Source: a virus (lineage: Duplodnaviria > Caudoviricetes). From it: 58,345 bases of DNA. The position numbers and the translations under genes are program-made. Below, in pieces: positions 16,898 through 25,845 of the stretch. The stretch lies in the IMG/VR virus record IMGVR_UViG_3300003937_000384, positions 1 through 58,345 of that record, one strand, 5' to 3'. Under the pieces are notes generated by a model. The model was not told the origin of the DNA and did no database searches. It saw only the letters and a list, made by a program, of their open reading frames with translations. Position 1 is the first letter of the stretch. Every line of letters begins with the position of its first letter.

Positions 16898-17118
16898 TCT
16901 TCGTACCCCTCCAAATCGATCAGGTTTCTTCCATCTGGCGCCTTGATGAACACCGCGCCCTCCAGCCAATCGCCGCGCTTGATCTTCGAGTTGACCGCGT
17001 CGACCGTGTAGCCGGTCAGCGCCTCAAACTGCTTGAGCGTGACGAATCGGACCGGGCGCAGGTTCGCGGGGGATGCGGTCCTCGACAATCCTCGTGACGA
17101 GGATCCGTAGCTACTCAT
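16840..17118 (-). CDS. xis: Excisionase
   Basis: FEALTGYTVDAVNSKIKRGDWLEG..KAPDGRNLIDLEGYEEWV; overlaps the int start. Confidence 0.8.
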   Translation of the reverse strand: MSSYGSSSRGLSRTASPANLRPVRFVTLKQFEALTGYTVDAVNSKIKRGDWLEGAVFIKAPDGRNLIDLEGYEEWVVQGRAASGQFHKAASR

Positions 17119-17341
17119 GGGACACCGCCTGCAGGCTCCAGAGGACCGACGGGCGCTCGTCGGGACCGTGGAAGGGCGCGCGCTGCACGCGGCCGGTCTT
17201 GGCCAGTTGGTGCAGGTAGCTGCTGACCCGGTTCGAAGGCAGCTGCAGCTCGGCGGCCAGCTCGCCGGCCAGGCCCGGCCCCTCCTGCAGCAGCTGCAGG
17301 ATCCGGGTAGCGGTGCCGTCAGCAGTGCCTGCATCAGCCAT
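17111..17341 (-). CDS. Small winged-helix protein
   Basis: ILQLL..AGELAAEL..VSSYLHQL..GRV. Confidence 0.65.
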   Translation of the reverse strand: MADAGTADGTATRILQLLQEGPGLAGELAAELQLPSNRVSSYLHQLAKTGRVQRAPFHGPDERPSVLWSLQAVSHE

Positions 17342-17606
17342 GGTCTGCCTCAGCTGCTCCTGGGTGGCCCGGGCACCCGGTACCGCTGTAGTCGAAGCCT
17401 TCGCAGACCGGTCCGAGCGGGATGACCCTACGGCCGTTGGCCAGGTGGTCGGTCAGCACCCGGCGGGCTTCGGCTGCAGTTACCGGCTCTCCGGACGGGC
17501 TGCGCTGGAAGAGCCCTTTCAGCTCGCGGCCGGTCATATTGATCAGCGCGCCGGCGACGTCCAGGTGCAGGTGGTAGCGCACGGGAAGGCGGTCAGAAGT
17601 GTTCAT
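17334..17606 (-). CDS. Phage hypothetical protein
   Basis: MNTSDRL..; coupled overlaps on both sides. Confidence 0.65.
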   Translation of the reverse strand: MNTSDRLPVRYHLHLDVAGALINMTGRELKGLFQRSPSGEPVTAAEARRVLTDHLANGRRVIPLGPVCEGFDYSGTGCPGHPGAAEADHG

Positions 17607-18163
17607 TCGGCGGGCTCCTGGTGTTGGGTGCTGCGCTCGGCAGCGTTCAAAGCGGCGCGCCGCTGGGCGAAGCCGCGGCAGGCGCTGATGGCGTTGCCGT
17701 GCTCGTCGACGGCTTCGTGGCAGAGGAAGGGGCGCTCGCCCGGGGTGGAGCAGTAGCAGGCGTCCTCCGTGGTCGGGAGGCATTGGTTGGCCACGGTGCC
17801 GGCGCGAAACGCACAGCCTCCGCAGAGCGGGCCAGGGTCGATGCCGGCGGCCAGCACGATGCCGTTGAGGGCGCCCAGGATGCAGGGCATGTTGATGCGC
17901 TCGGCCTCGTGCGGCCACACGTGGCCCTGCAGCACCAGCAGGTCCGTGGCCTGCTCGCGGGCGTTGTAGGCGACATGGTTGGCCAGGCCAATGAACTCGC
18001 CGAACAGGTCGGCCATGGCCCGAGTGCCGATCTGCGCGGCCAGGCGTCGCAGCGCCGGTCGGCGGAGATCCATGGGGACCGCTGCGATCGCGCGCAGCTC
18101 ACTGGCCAGATCCGGGTGGATGTTGTGGTCGGTGGCGCGATCGCGCGCTGAGGTGTCAGCCAT
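17603..18163 (-). CDS. Phage Cys-rich hypothetical protein
   Basis: CGGCAFR..C..FLCH..CRG motifs. Confidence 0.65.
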   Translation of the reverse strand: MADTSARDRATDHNIHPDLASELRAIAAVPMDLRRPALRRLAAQIGTRAMADLFGEFIGLANHVAYNAREQATDLLVLQGHVWPHEAERINMPCILGALNGIVLAAGIDPGPLCGGCAFRAGTVANQCLPTTEDACYCSTPGERPFLCHEAVDEHGNAISACRGFAQRRAALNAAERSTQHQEPAE

Positions 18164-18332
18164 TCGGCTTCTCCTTCGCAACGGCGATCATGTGTGTGGA
18201 ACCAATGATCTGAACGTTCTTGACGTACCGATCGCCGGCGCAGATCACCGCATAGTCGTTCACGAGGATCCGCTCCTGCAGGACCTTGCCCGTAGTGGGA
18301 TCAGTGACCGTTACCTTGATGGGGTCAGCCAT
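18156..18332 (-). CDS. Small hypothetical protein (58 aa, below the ORF-track cutoff)
   Basis: MADPIKVTVTDPTTGKVLQER..; fills the gap with overlaps at both ends. Confidence 0.6.
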   Translation of the reverse strand: MADPIKVTVTDPTTGKVLQERILVNDYAVICAGDRYVKNVQIIGSTHMIAVAKEKPNG

Positions 18333-18507
18333 TGGTCGTATCTCCTGGGCCGAAGAAGGCGGCCAAAGCCAGGTAGATCGCCTGGCCTTGGTCGTGGGTC
18401 ATGTCGAGACAGAGGCCGCAGCCAAACAGCTGCAGATCGAAAGCAACTGTGTTCTCGATGGTCAGCTGACCTTCCTCGCCGGTGATGTCGATCGCGACCT
18501 CAGCCAT
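18325..18507 (-). CDS. Phage hypothetical protein
   Basis: Coupled ORF with RBS. Confidence 0.55.
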   Translation of the reverse strand: MAEVAIDITGEEGQLTIENTVAFDLQLFGCGLCLDMTHDQGQAIYLALAAFFGPGDTTNG

Positions 18508-18949
18508 GGTCTGCCTCCTGCGGCAGCAGCTTCTGCTGCTGTACGTGCTCGATCACCGTCTGCCCGCTGGAAAGCAGGATGTGTGACAGGAACGCGGCCT
18601 CGAAGGTCAGCATGCCGATCTCGATTGCCGTGACCTGGCCCTTCACCCAGTCGCGCAGGATCGAGTAGACGGCGACGCCGCCGATCTTGAGCGCCTTGGC
18701 TTCGTGTTCGGCTCGAGTGGCCCGGATCCGGGGGCCGTAAGGGTGCTCGCGCAACCAGGCGGCTGCGTAGCCGCGCGCGCTGGCCTTGAGCTGCACCTGC
18801 CGGCCGCGGTGCTCGAACTGAATGAACAGCTCGCCGGTCTCGTAGTCTTCACCCGTGGCGAAGCGCTGGCAGCCGAAGCTTCGCAACATCTTCTGGATGT
18901 CATTGATCGCGTTGTTGCCGCTGGTGGCGTTCTCGTAGGGGAGGCTCAT
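18500..18949 (-). CDS. Phage hypothetical protein
   Basis: Coupled ORF with host-like codon usage. Confidence 0.7.
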   Translation of the reverse strand: MSLPYENATSGNNAINDIQKMLRSFGCQRFATGEDYETGELFIQFEHRGRQVQLKASARGYAAAWLREHPYGPRIRATRAEHEAKALKIGGVAVYSILRDWVKGQVTAIEIGMLTFEAAFLSHILLSSGQTVIEHVQQQKLLPQEADHG

Positions 18950-19704
18950 GTACCCACCGCCTGACCAAGGGCGTGGTCGGCTTTCGCCAGCGGCGCAGGG
19001 ACGGCAATGTCGCTGGGCAGGCCTGTCGGCTCGGCAGCGCCTGCGGCATCGTCATATGCAAGGACTGCTCGGGCGACGGCGTACAGGCGCCATAGGAAGT
19101 GGAAGGTGTACTGCTGCAGCGAGGATGCGTATTCCCAGGCGTCGGTGATGCGGAAGTCACTGTAGTCGGGGTCGCTCGGCTCGAAGTCCGACATAGCGCC
19201 GATCGCATTGCTCAGGGCATCGTGATCTTCCGAGTCATTCAGCACTTCGAGCTCGAGCTCCTGCCACAGTCGGGCCACCCATTCCGGGGGCGTGTCCGGA
19301 TCCACCAGGTCGTCAGGGTCTACGCGTTCCTCGACGTATTCCTTGAACAGGCGCATCACCAGGTCGCGGAAGAGGCGCGCGCTGAATTCCTTCTTCCCGC
19401 CGTCGTTGGCCACGCACTTCTCGGCCCAGTAGCCATCGTTTACGAACAGGCTGCCGGCCTTTTCATGCTCTGCAGGCGTTGCGCGGAAGAACTCGAACAT
19501 GTCGTGCAGACGCTTGAAAACGGCAGTTCCCATGTCGCCGGAGATCGCCAGGTGTCCGGGCCAGGTGACGATGTCGAAGCCGTAGATGTAGGTTCCGGGC
19601 CGGCGGAACTGCAGGTGCCGGTGCACGCCGTCGTCGACCACGATCCGCAGCTCATGGGTAGCCGTATCGGCGAGGAAGCGGGGGAGGACGTCACTGCGGT
19701 TCAT
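18946..19704 (-). CDS. Phage hypothetical protein
   Basis: 252-aa ORF with GGAG RBS. Confidence 0.75.
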   Translation of the reverse strand: MNRSDVLPRFLADTATHELRIVVDDGVHRHLQFRRPGTYIYGFDIVTWPGHLAISGDMGTAVFKRLHDMFEFFRATPAEHEKAGSLFVNDGYWAEKCVANDGGKKEFSARLFRDLVMRLFKEYVEERVDPDDLVDPDTPPEWVARLWQELELEVLNDSEDHDALSNAIGAMSDFEPSDPDYSDFRITDAWEYASSLQQYTFHFLWRLYAVARAVLAYDDAAGAAEPTGLPSDIAVPAPLAKADHALGQAVGT

Positions 19705-19987
19705 GGGTATCTCCGGACTGTGCGGACGAGGCCTGGGCGGCCTTCAGGGCGGTTTGCCAAGCGGGTATCAGGCTGTCGTCGGCGCCGAGCAGCTGCAGCA
19801 GGCCGGGCCGATGGCCAGCGGTGATGCGGCCGCCGGCGCGCAGAACCAGCAGCACCTGCGACTTCTTCGTGAGAGGCAGCTGGTGGACGTTGATGACCTT
19901 GCCGCCCGCGATCTCAACCAAGTTGCTGAGGTCAGGGCCGGTGGCCAGGTCGCAGCCGAAGGTCGGTGCAGGTTGTTTCGCAGTCAT
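19691..19987 (-). CDS. Phage hypothetical protein
   Basis: Coupled ORF in the leftward operon. Confidence 0.6.
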   Translation of the reverse strand: MTAKQPAPTFGCDLATGPDLSNLVEIAGGKVINVHQLPLTKKSQVLLVLRAGGRITAGHRPGLLQLLGADDSLIPAWQTALKAAQASSAQSGDTHEPQ

Positions 19988-19989
19988 CG

Positions 19990-20247
19990 TCAGCGCCTCT
20001 GGCTCGGCGGCAGCGTAGGGAGCTGCTGGGGTTCGGCAACTGCCGCCGTCAGGTTTCCGGTTTCATGCGCCAGCCGGATTGCATCGAGCTCGACCTTCAC
20101 CGCGCCGATGTAGGTGGTGGCCACGATGGTCGAGGCCTTGGCGCGCTCGATGACCTGGCCCATCTGTTCGGCACTCAGATCGTCGTCGCCCAGGCGTTCG
20201 AGCATGGCGACCAGGTGATCGCGGACGTCACTGACCTTGTTCTTCAT
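19990..20247 (-). CDS. Phage hypothetical protein
   Basis: MKNKVSDVRDHLVAMLERL..; small helical protein next to the HNH gene. Confidence 0.7.
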   Translation of the reverse strand: MKNKVSDVRDHLVAMLERLGDDDLSAEQMGQVIERAKASTIVATTYIGAVKVELDAIRLAHETGNLTAAVAEPQQLPTLPPSQRR

Positions 20248-20950
20248 CTTCTTGCTCCTTGATTCGCCGCCTGACCCGGCGCGTGATGCTGGACTTCAGG
20301 TGGACAAGTTCTTTCAGTTCCGGAGGGAACCGGTTGTGGTAGCTGTTGCGCCGCATGTTCTCGGCGAGGGTCACGGTTTCGAGGCGATCAGCAGTGATCT
20401 CGGTGGCGACCAGCGTCTTCAGGCCGGGCCGGAACACCACGAGGTGTCCCTCCGGTACCGGGCCGTTTGCTGCCTCCCAGACCATCACGTGCACCGGGCG
20501 CCATCGATTGACCGGGAACAGGGCTGGGTCGTCTGTGACCTTGCGCATCAGCACCCTGCGTTTCGGATCCACCTTCTCGGTCCCGATCGGCACGTAGTTG
20601 CGAGCCTCGCTGGCCGGCCGTCCCTTCTTGAACTGGGTTTCCCGCATTCGGCCGGCGTGCCAGCCCGGCCTGCGCAGTCCCTTGTTCGACGGTGTGATGC
20701 CGGGCTTGAAGCGCGAGGCGATCGATCCCGCCTCCTGCGTTCCGTTCCAGAGCGCGGCCAGCGGCTGGGTGTGGAAGTCCTCGGCCTTCTGCAGCCCCAG
20801 CGCCGCGGCCCTTCGATACACCGCCGCCTTGGGCCGCTCGAGGACGTGCGCGATCAGGAAGGCGGGGAACCGCGGCCAGTTGAGCCGCAGCGTCTCGTCC
20901 TCGTCGGCCGTCCAGGGCCGGCGTGCATTGGGGTGTGAGGGGCGCGCCAT
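20228..20950 (-). CDS. HNH endonuclease-family protein
   Basis: HVMVWEAANGPVPEGH..LETVTLAENMRRN; N-terminal WTADED. Confidence 0.75.
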   Translation of the reverse strand: MARPSHPNARRPWTADEDETLRLNWPRFPAFLIAHVLERPKAAVYRRAAALGLQKAEDFHTQPLAALWNGTQEAGSIASRFKPGITPSNKGLRRPGWHAGRMRETQFKKGRPASEARNYVPIGTEKVDPKRRVLMRKVTDDPALFPVNRWRPVHVMVWEAANGPVPEGHLVVFRPGLKTLVATEITADRLETVTLAENMRRNSYHNRFPPELKELVHLKSSITRRVRRRIKEQEDEEQGQ

Positions 20951-20953
20951 GGG

Positions 20954-21670
20954 TCACGGGCTCCACCCGGAACTGTCTGGGGTGTGCATCTGCTGCCGCG
21001 CGCGCTGCCGAACGGCTTCCTTCCGGAAATACTCGCGGTGCTCGATCTTCTGGCCGCGGATGCGGAAGCCCCAGCTGCAGGCGCGCGGTGGCAGCGTCAG
21101 CACCAGCGTCCAGGTGCCTTCAGCCTGCAGATCCTCGGCCAGCGCGATGCGATGCCAGCCCTCAGCACGGCGGAACAGCAGCTGGCCAGCGCCATACCAG
21201 GTCGATGAGTACGGTTCCTCGGCGATCGCGGACGGCACCGCGTCCGGTACAGCCGGCAGCGGCCCGTCGAAGGGGCGGTGTTCGAAGTAGCCGCCGCGCA
21301 GGATCAGGCTGAAGAAGGACCAAGGGTGGTCGTGGAAGACGCCGCCGTGGTCGCTGCTGCGGATGTGGTGCAGGCGCAGGGCCAACCAGGGCCGGGGGTG
21401 GCCACGGTCGTCGACGCCGGCGCGGCCGATACGCAGCAGCCAGAAGCGATCCATGTACGGAGTGCCGTCGGCGTTGACCAGGTGGAAGTAGGGCGTGCGG
21501 GCGCCGCGCCGGATCAGTGCTGTGGCGAGGCGGTCCAGCACGCGACGGCCGACAGTGCGGGGCGGCGCCTGCAGATCCATGTACCTGCCGCAGCGGCCGC
21601 ACGATTCCATATCCGGCCAGTCTCGGGCGCACCCGAACAGGGCACAGATGAAGGCGCGCACCCGGCTCAC
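20954..21670 (-). CDS. Cupin-like phage protein
   Basis: LHHIRSSD..HDHPW..ILRGGYFE..WHRI. Confidence 0.6.
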   Translation of the reverse strand: MSRVRAFICALFGCARDWPDMESCGRCGRYMDLQAPPRTVGRRVLDRLATALIRRGARTPYFHLVNADGTPYMDRFWLLRIGRAGVDDRGHPRPWLALRLHHIRSSDHGGVFHDHPWSFFSLILRGGYFEHRPFDGPLPAVPDAVPSAIAEEPYSSTWYGAGQLLFRRAEGWHRIALAEDLQAEGTWTLVLTLPPRACSWGFRIRGQKIEHREYFRKEAVRQRARQQMHTPDSSGWSP

Positions 21671-21918
21671 GGCTGCTCGCCCTTGTAGGTCGCGACCAGG
21701 CCGCTTGCTGCGGTCAACGTGCCGGCCTCGATCTGGCGCAGGCGGCGGGCACGCTCGGCCCGGCCGCCGCCCGGCGGTGCCCAAGTCGTCCGGTGGCGTG
21801 CCGGCATGCGGCGCACAGGTGCTGCAGGCGCTGCAGGGTAGGACTGCGACTGGCTCAGCAGGCTGGCCAGGAGCATGTTGAGGAATGGGCGGCGGCTGGT
21901 CACGAGGATCGGATACAT
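21667..21918 (-). CDS. Phage hypothetical protein
   Basis: GAGG RBS; coupled to the next gene. Confidence 0.5.
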   Translation of the reverse strand: MYPILVTSRRPFLNMLLASLLSQSQSYPAAPAAPVRRMPARHRTTWAPPGGGRAERARRLRQIEAGTLTAASGLVATYKGEQP

Positions 21919-21925
21919 GAGGACC

Positions 21926-22828
21926 TCAGGCGTAGGTGGTGAGGCGGAAGTGCTCGCGGACCAGGTCGTAGAGGCGACCCACTTCCCCGATCTGCAGTGC
22001 GAAACGGGTATCGAGCTCGGCACGCCGGCCGTCCTCATCACCTTGGTCGAGTTGGTCCAACGCGCCGTCCAGGAAGCGGAGCTTTCGAACGATCAGGTCG
22101 TCGCCGAGGACGAAGGAGAGGTGGTCATCCAGCACCAGGGCGAGCTTGGTGACCTGCTTGCCCGTCTCCAGGTGCAGGTCGACCTCGTCGCAGCGCAGTT
22201 CCTGGTGCTGGCAGCGAACGATTGCGCCGCCCTCGACCGGATCGCGCAGCTCGCACTCCTCGCCCAGGCTGAGGCCTTCGGGCAGGGGCTCGCCGGCAAC
22301 CCAGCTGGTCAGGATCGCCCGTGGCGATACCTCGGCGTTCAGGGGCAGAGCGGGGAAGCTGCCGACCACATTGCGCAGCTGGCTCATGGCGGCCTCGCCG
22401 GTCTTGCGGCTGCTGGTGTCGACGAACACGACGCCGCGCTGGTGGTCCAGGTAGAGATCCGTGCGGGTTGGGCGGACGAAGGCCCGAGGCAGCAGCTCGT
22501 GCAGCAGGTCGTCCTTGATGCGTTTCCGTTCGCGGCCGCCGGGGCGACGCCCTTCCTGCTCTTCGATGTCCTGCAGCTTGAGGTCGAGCAGGTTGTTCAC
22601 CACCGCCGGCGGCAGGATCTTCTCTTCGGCTCCGATGGCCATCCACACGCATCGGCCGACCTCGTGCGACAGCAGCTCCTTCTCTTCGCGGCCGAACGGC
22701 GAAATGAAGCCGACCGAGCACATTTCCAGCGGGCCTACCGGTTTCAGGGCGCTCGCCTGCAGGCCTTCCTGCCAGTCGAACATCTGCAGCTGCGGATAGG
22801 TGAACATCGTGAGATTGCGGAAGAACAT
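21926..22828 (-). CDS. rdgC: Recombination-associated protein RdgC
   Basis: MFFRNL.., EEKILP..V, LLPRAF, GKQVTKLAL. Confidence 0.92.
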   Translation of the reverse strand: MFFRNLTMFTYPQLQMFDWQEGLQASALKPVGPLEMCSVGFISPFGREEKELLSHEVGRCVWMAIGAEEKILPPAVVNNLLDLKLQDIEEQEGRRPGGRERKRIKDDLLHELLPRAFVRPTRTDLYLDHQRGVVFVDTSSRKTGEAAMSQLRNVVGSFPALPLNAEVSPRAILTSWVAGEPLPEGLSLGEECELRDPVEGGAIVRCQHQELRCDEVDLHLETGKQVTKLALVLDDHLSFVLGDDLIVRKLRFLDGALDQLDQGDEDGRRAELDTRFALQIGEVGRLYDLVREHFRLTTYA

Positions 22829-22986
22829 CAGGTGTCTCCGGTCTGTTCAGAAGTGACGCTGCTGCCTTCGGGCAGCTCGGAAAGGCCCAGGGTGTAGAGC
22901 GCGTCGTCGATCGCGGCCTGCTCGGCTTCTGCGATGACGCTGTGCGGTCCAGCCACGCCCGGGATGTGGACGTGGAAGAGCCTCAC
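22828..22986 (-). CDS. Small hypothetical protein
   Basis: GTG start overlapping the upstream stop. Confidence 0.5.
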   Translation of the reverse strand: MRLFHVHIPGVAGPHSVIAEAEQAAIDDALYTLGLSELPEGSSVTSEQTGDT

Positions 22987-23246
22987 GGTCGGCAGGCCTC
23001 TGCTATGCGCTGGAACTTGCGCGCCCAGGTGGCCAGGTCCGGCTTCATCCCCGCGCTCCACGCGATCTGGAAGATCGTGCCGAAGCGGATCCGCAGCTCG
23101 CGCCACTGGTCCGGCGGTGCGATCGACACCGCGCGCTGGTAGCGCTCCACGCGCGCTGCGGGCGTGATCGCCGGCGGCATGCGTTGCACGTCGTGCTGGA
23201 GGATCGCGTCGACGCCGTGGCCCAGCAGGTGCAGGTCTGCCGTCAT
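22983..23246 (-). CDS. Phage hypothetical protein
   Basis: MTADLHL..; ATGA coupling. Confidence 0.6.
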   Translation of the reverse strand: MTADLHLLGHGVDAILQHDVQRMPPAITPAARVERYQRAVSIAPPDQWRELRIRFGTIFQIAWSAGMKPDLATWARKFQRIAEACRP

Positions 23247-23491
23247 GACATGGCCCTCCCGTGCACTACCCAGAACAGCTCGACCAACGCCCGCGGCACT
23301 GAGGGCATTGCCCGCGTCTCGTAGAACGCGGCTTCGATGATCTGTTCGAAGGTGCGGCCATCTGGCGCGCGCGCTGCTTCGCCGTCGACCTTCAGCCGGT
23401 TCGTGAGGTATTCCTTGCTCTGCGGTCCCAGGTTCTCGACCAGGTCGTCGAGGTCGATCTCGGCGTCGATCGTCATGTTCACGATGGTCAT
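23243..23491 (-). CDS. Phage hypothetical protein
   Basis: MTIVNMTID..; ATGA coupling. Confidence 0.6.
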   Translation of the reverse strand: MTIVNMTIDAEIDLDDLVENLGPQSKEYLTNRLKVDGEAARAPDGRTFEQIIEAAFYETRAMPSVPRALVELFWVVHGRAMS

Positions 23492-23616
23492 GACAGCACC
23501 GCCCGGGATCCAAACCCTACCGCCACGCCCAGCAGGAAGCCGGCCGTGCCGCCAATGACCAGCACCCGCCGGAACAGGACCGCGGTGGCCTCGGCGATGA
23601 TCTCTTCCGCACTCAT
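23488..23616 (-). CDS. Small membrane peptide
   Basis: 42 aa with one TM segment; ATGA coupling. Confidence 0.55.
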   Translation of the reverse strand: MSAEEIIAEATAVLFRRVLVIGGTAGFLLGVAVGFGSRAVLS

Positions 23617-23876
23617 GCGGCACCGCCTTTGCCACGCGCGAGGGCGCGTTGGCAGCGAGGGCAGGTCACAGGAAGCGATTCGCAGGCGGTCCAGCCTACG
23701 GAACGGCGGCCTGGCGCTGCCCCGCATAGAGCCTTGCCGGTGGCTTCGACATATCCGCCGTTGCGCCGCACTTGGGTGTACGGGATCGCGTGCAGGTTTG
23801 TGCCCTGTCCGCGCTCGAGGCCGTTTGCACAGCGGCCGGCCAGCTTCGCCACCAGCACTTCAGCAGCGGTGTTCAT
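23613..23876 (-). CDS. Small Zn-binding phage protein
   Basis: H..ALCG..VTCPRC. Confidence 0.6.
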   Translation of the reverse strand: MNTAAEVLVAKLAGRCANGLERGQGTNLHAIPYTQVRRNGGYVEATGKALCGAAPGRRSVGWTACESLPVTCPRCQRALARGKGGAA

Positions 23877-24292
23877 GCGGCACCGCCCTGGGGCATCACG
23901 AAGCGGTAGCCGCGCAGGCGGATGGTCTCGATGGCGTGCTTGTGGCCAGCGGCAGCGAGCTTGCGGCGCACTCGCGATACCAGCACCTGCAGGACGTTGG
24001 ACTCCCGCGAGGGTGGCTTGCTGTCCGGGTACATCGCGGCATGCAGCGTGTCGACTTCCACGAGGCGATCGGGCGCACCGACCAGGACCTGCATCACCAC
24101 GGCCTCGGTGCGGCTGAGCTTGATGCTGCTGCCGGCGATCAGCAGGCGCTGCCCCATCATGACGGGCGCGGTATGGCTGGCGGCCTCGCCGCAGCTGCTG
24201 CAGAGATCCTTGTCGATCCAGGAGCAGCCGCCGCGGCAGGCCTGCAGCTCGGTGCAGCCGCAGATGCGGCAGCGGCGTTCGGTGAAGGCCAT
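23873..24292 (-). CDS. Cys-rich domain fused to an OmpR-type winged-helix DNA-binding domain
   Basis: CRICGC..C..GCSW..LCSSC followed by LSRTE..SNVLQVLVSRVRRKL..IETIRLRGYRF. Confidence 0.8.
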   Translation of the reverse strand: MAFTERRCRICGCTELQACRGGCSWIDKDLCSSCGEAASHTAPVMMGQRLLIAGSSIKLSRTEAVVMQVLVGAPDRLVEVDTLHAAMYPDSKPPSRESNVLQVLVSRVRRKLAAAGHKHAIETIRLRGYRFVMPQGGAA

Positions 24293-24792
24293 CAGTGCAC
24301 CTCCACGAAAGCCAGGTCATAGATGACGCACCGCGCCCGGGCCACCACAGGGGAGGTGGCTTCCGTCGACAGGGGGACGACGGTATTGGCCCGGGCGCAG
24401 GCGTCGGGGGAAACGGAATAGGTACCGCCGGCAACGGCGTCGACGGCATCGAGCGCGAGCTGCCAGCGGTAGGGGGAAAAGTCCTTGGCCAGCGCAGCGG
24501 AGACGCCGGCGGCGCAGTCCGGCACGCGGCCGGCATCGTTGAAGCCGTTGAGCACTGCCTGCGCGATGGTGGTGCGCAGGCCCCAATCGTTCTCGCTGGC
24601 CAGGGTGTAGACCTCCAGCGCCGCGCAGATGCGCGGGCTGGTGATCACCAGCGCGGCTGGTGCCCGGACGGTCTGGCCGGGGTCGTCTGTTGAAGGGGAC
24701 GAAGTGGAGAAGGTGGCGCCAATGCCGGTGGCAGTGGCGATGCCAAGTGCCAGGTACAGCGACGAAGACAGTGCAGACATGTGCTCAACCAT
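24292..24792 (-). CDS. Membrane-anchored protein resembling a degenerate SleB/Hydrolase_2 domain
   Basis: N-terminal hydrophobic segment; CAALEVYTLASE..IAQAVLN pattern. Confidence 0.45.
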   Translation of the reverse strand: MVEHMSALSSSLYLALGIATATGIGATFSTSSPSTDDPGQTVRAPAALVITSPRICAALEVYTLASENDWGLRTTIAQAVLNGFNDAGRVPDCAAGVSAALAKDFSPYRWQLALDAVDAVAGGTYSVSPDACARANTVVPLSTEATSPVVARARCVIYDLAFVEVH

Positions 24793-24809
24793 CCGTGCTT
24801 GGGATGTTG

Positions 24810-24853
24810 AGCACTCTAGTGCTTAATTATTCATTGTCAAGCACTTTAATGCC
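24810..24853 (-). promoter_or_regulatory. pL promoter with OL operators
   Basis: Minus strand TTGACA-16-TAGAGT, overlapped by AGCACTCTAGTGCT (24810-24823) and AGCACTTTAATGCC (24840-24853). Confidence 0.75.
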
Positions 24854-25434
24854 TACGGCAGCGGAGGCGGCATTGCGCGTGGCCACATTCCGCGCTCAAT
24901 CAGGGCTGCGCGTGCAGACTGAAGCAGTTGATCTGGGTCGTGGGCAGGTGACGACTCCCACGCCTCTTCAGCGATACGCATCAACTCGAAGCAGATCTCT
25001 CGTTGGGTGAAATCGAGCGCCATTTCCCGGTTCTGTGGTGAGTCCCAAAAGCGGGCCACGGCCTGCCGCCAAGCGCCTTCACTCGCGCCCATCGTCGGGG
25101 GGACATTGGCGTTTCCGCCGAGCCAGTTTCCAAAGAGGGTGGGCTGCCAATCTGCTGCCCGAGTAGCAAACCACTCTGCTACGACCGCTTCCTGGGTCGA
25201 TAGCATGACCTTGGCATGGATGCGGCGTTCGTCTCCGAAGCGGCTCCGTAGAGTTCCATTGCCTGGAGCCCCGGGAATCCAGTCCCAGGACGTCCCTTGT
25301 TCAATGAACTTGGCGCAGTCGCGCGCGATTTCCATGACCTGGTAGTAAACGGGATTCTTGTCTACTCGGACCACAATCGTTCCAGTCCGTTCATACACGG
25401 ACCGGCAGTAGCACTGTGTCCCGAGAAGCCCCAT
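24853..25434 (-). CDS. Immunity-region accessory protein
   Basis: ORF starts 3 nt after the cI stop; start codon uncertain. Confidence 0.6.
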   Translation of the reverse strand: MGLLGTQCYCRSVYERTGTIVVRVDKNPVYYQVMEIARDCAKFIEQGTSWDWIPGAPGNGTLRSRFGDERRIHAKVMLSTQEAVVAEWFATRAADWQPTLFGNWLGGNANVPPTMGASEGAWRQAVARFWDSPQNREMALDFTQREICFELMRIAEEAWESSPAHDPDQLLQSARAALIERGMWPRAMPPPLP

Positions 25435-25437
25435 GAG

Positions 25438-25821
25438 TTAGCCGGCTGTACGTAGCCGCGCGTCAGCGGCACCAGTTGAACGATTCATTGCGGACATTAG
25501 GCGTTCCACAGTTTCGCGGTCGCCAGGCTCCAGCTGCAGAAAGGTTCCCAGCAAGCTGGATGCAGACTCCAGGAGGACCGGATCTGCCGGGAAGTCGGGT
25601 AGCAGGAGCGCCCACGGCGCTATCGAATACGCGCCCGCAATTGCATCAATGGTACGGACTGTCGGGTTCTTGAAATGGCCTCGGCCGTAGGTCATCAGGT
25701 CGCCGATCGCGCGCTGCGAGACTCCCGCGCGTTGAGCAAGCGACGCTTGGGAATCCCCCCGCGCTTGCATGAACCGGCGAACGTTGTCCGCAATCGTGAC
25801 CACAGTGTCTGCTTTTGCCAT
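25438..25821 (-). CDS. CI-like repressor (XRE HTH, no peptidase domain)
   Basis: SQASLAQRAGVSQRAI..NPTVRTIDAIA; divergent from cro. Confidence 0.8.
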   Translation of the reverse strand: MAKADTVVTIADNVRRFMQARGDSQASLAQRAGVSQRAIGDLMTYGRGHFKNPTVRTIDAIAGAYSIAPWALLLPDFPADPVLLESASSLLGTFLQLEPGDRETVERLMSAMNRSTGAADARLRTAG

Positions 25822-25845
25822 TCGTTCAGCGTAAGCACCGAGGCG

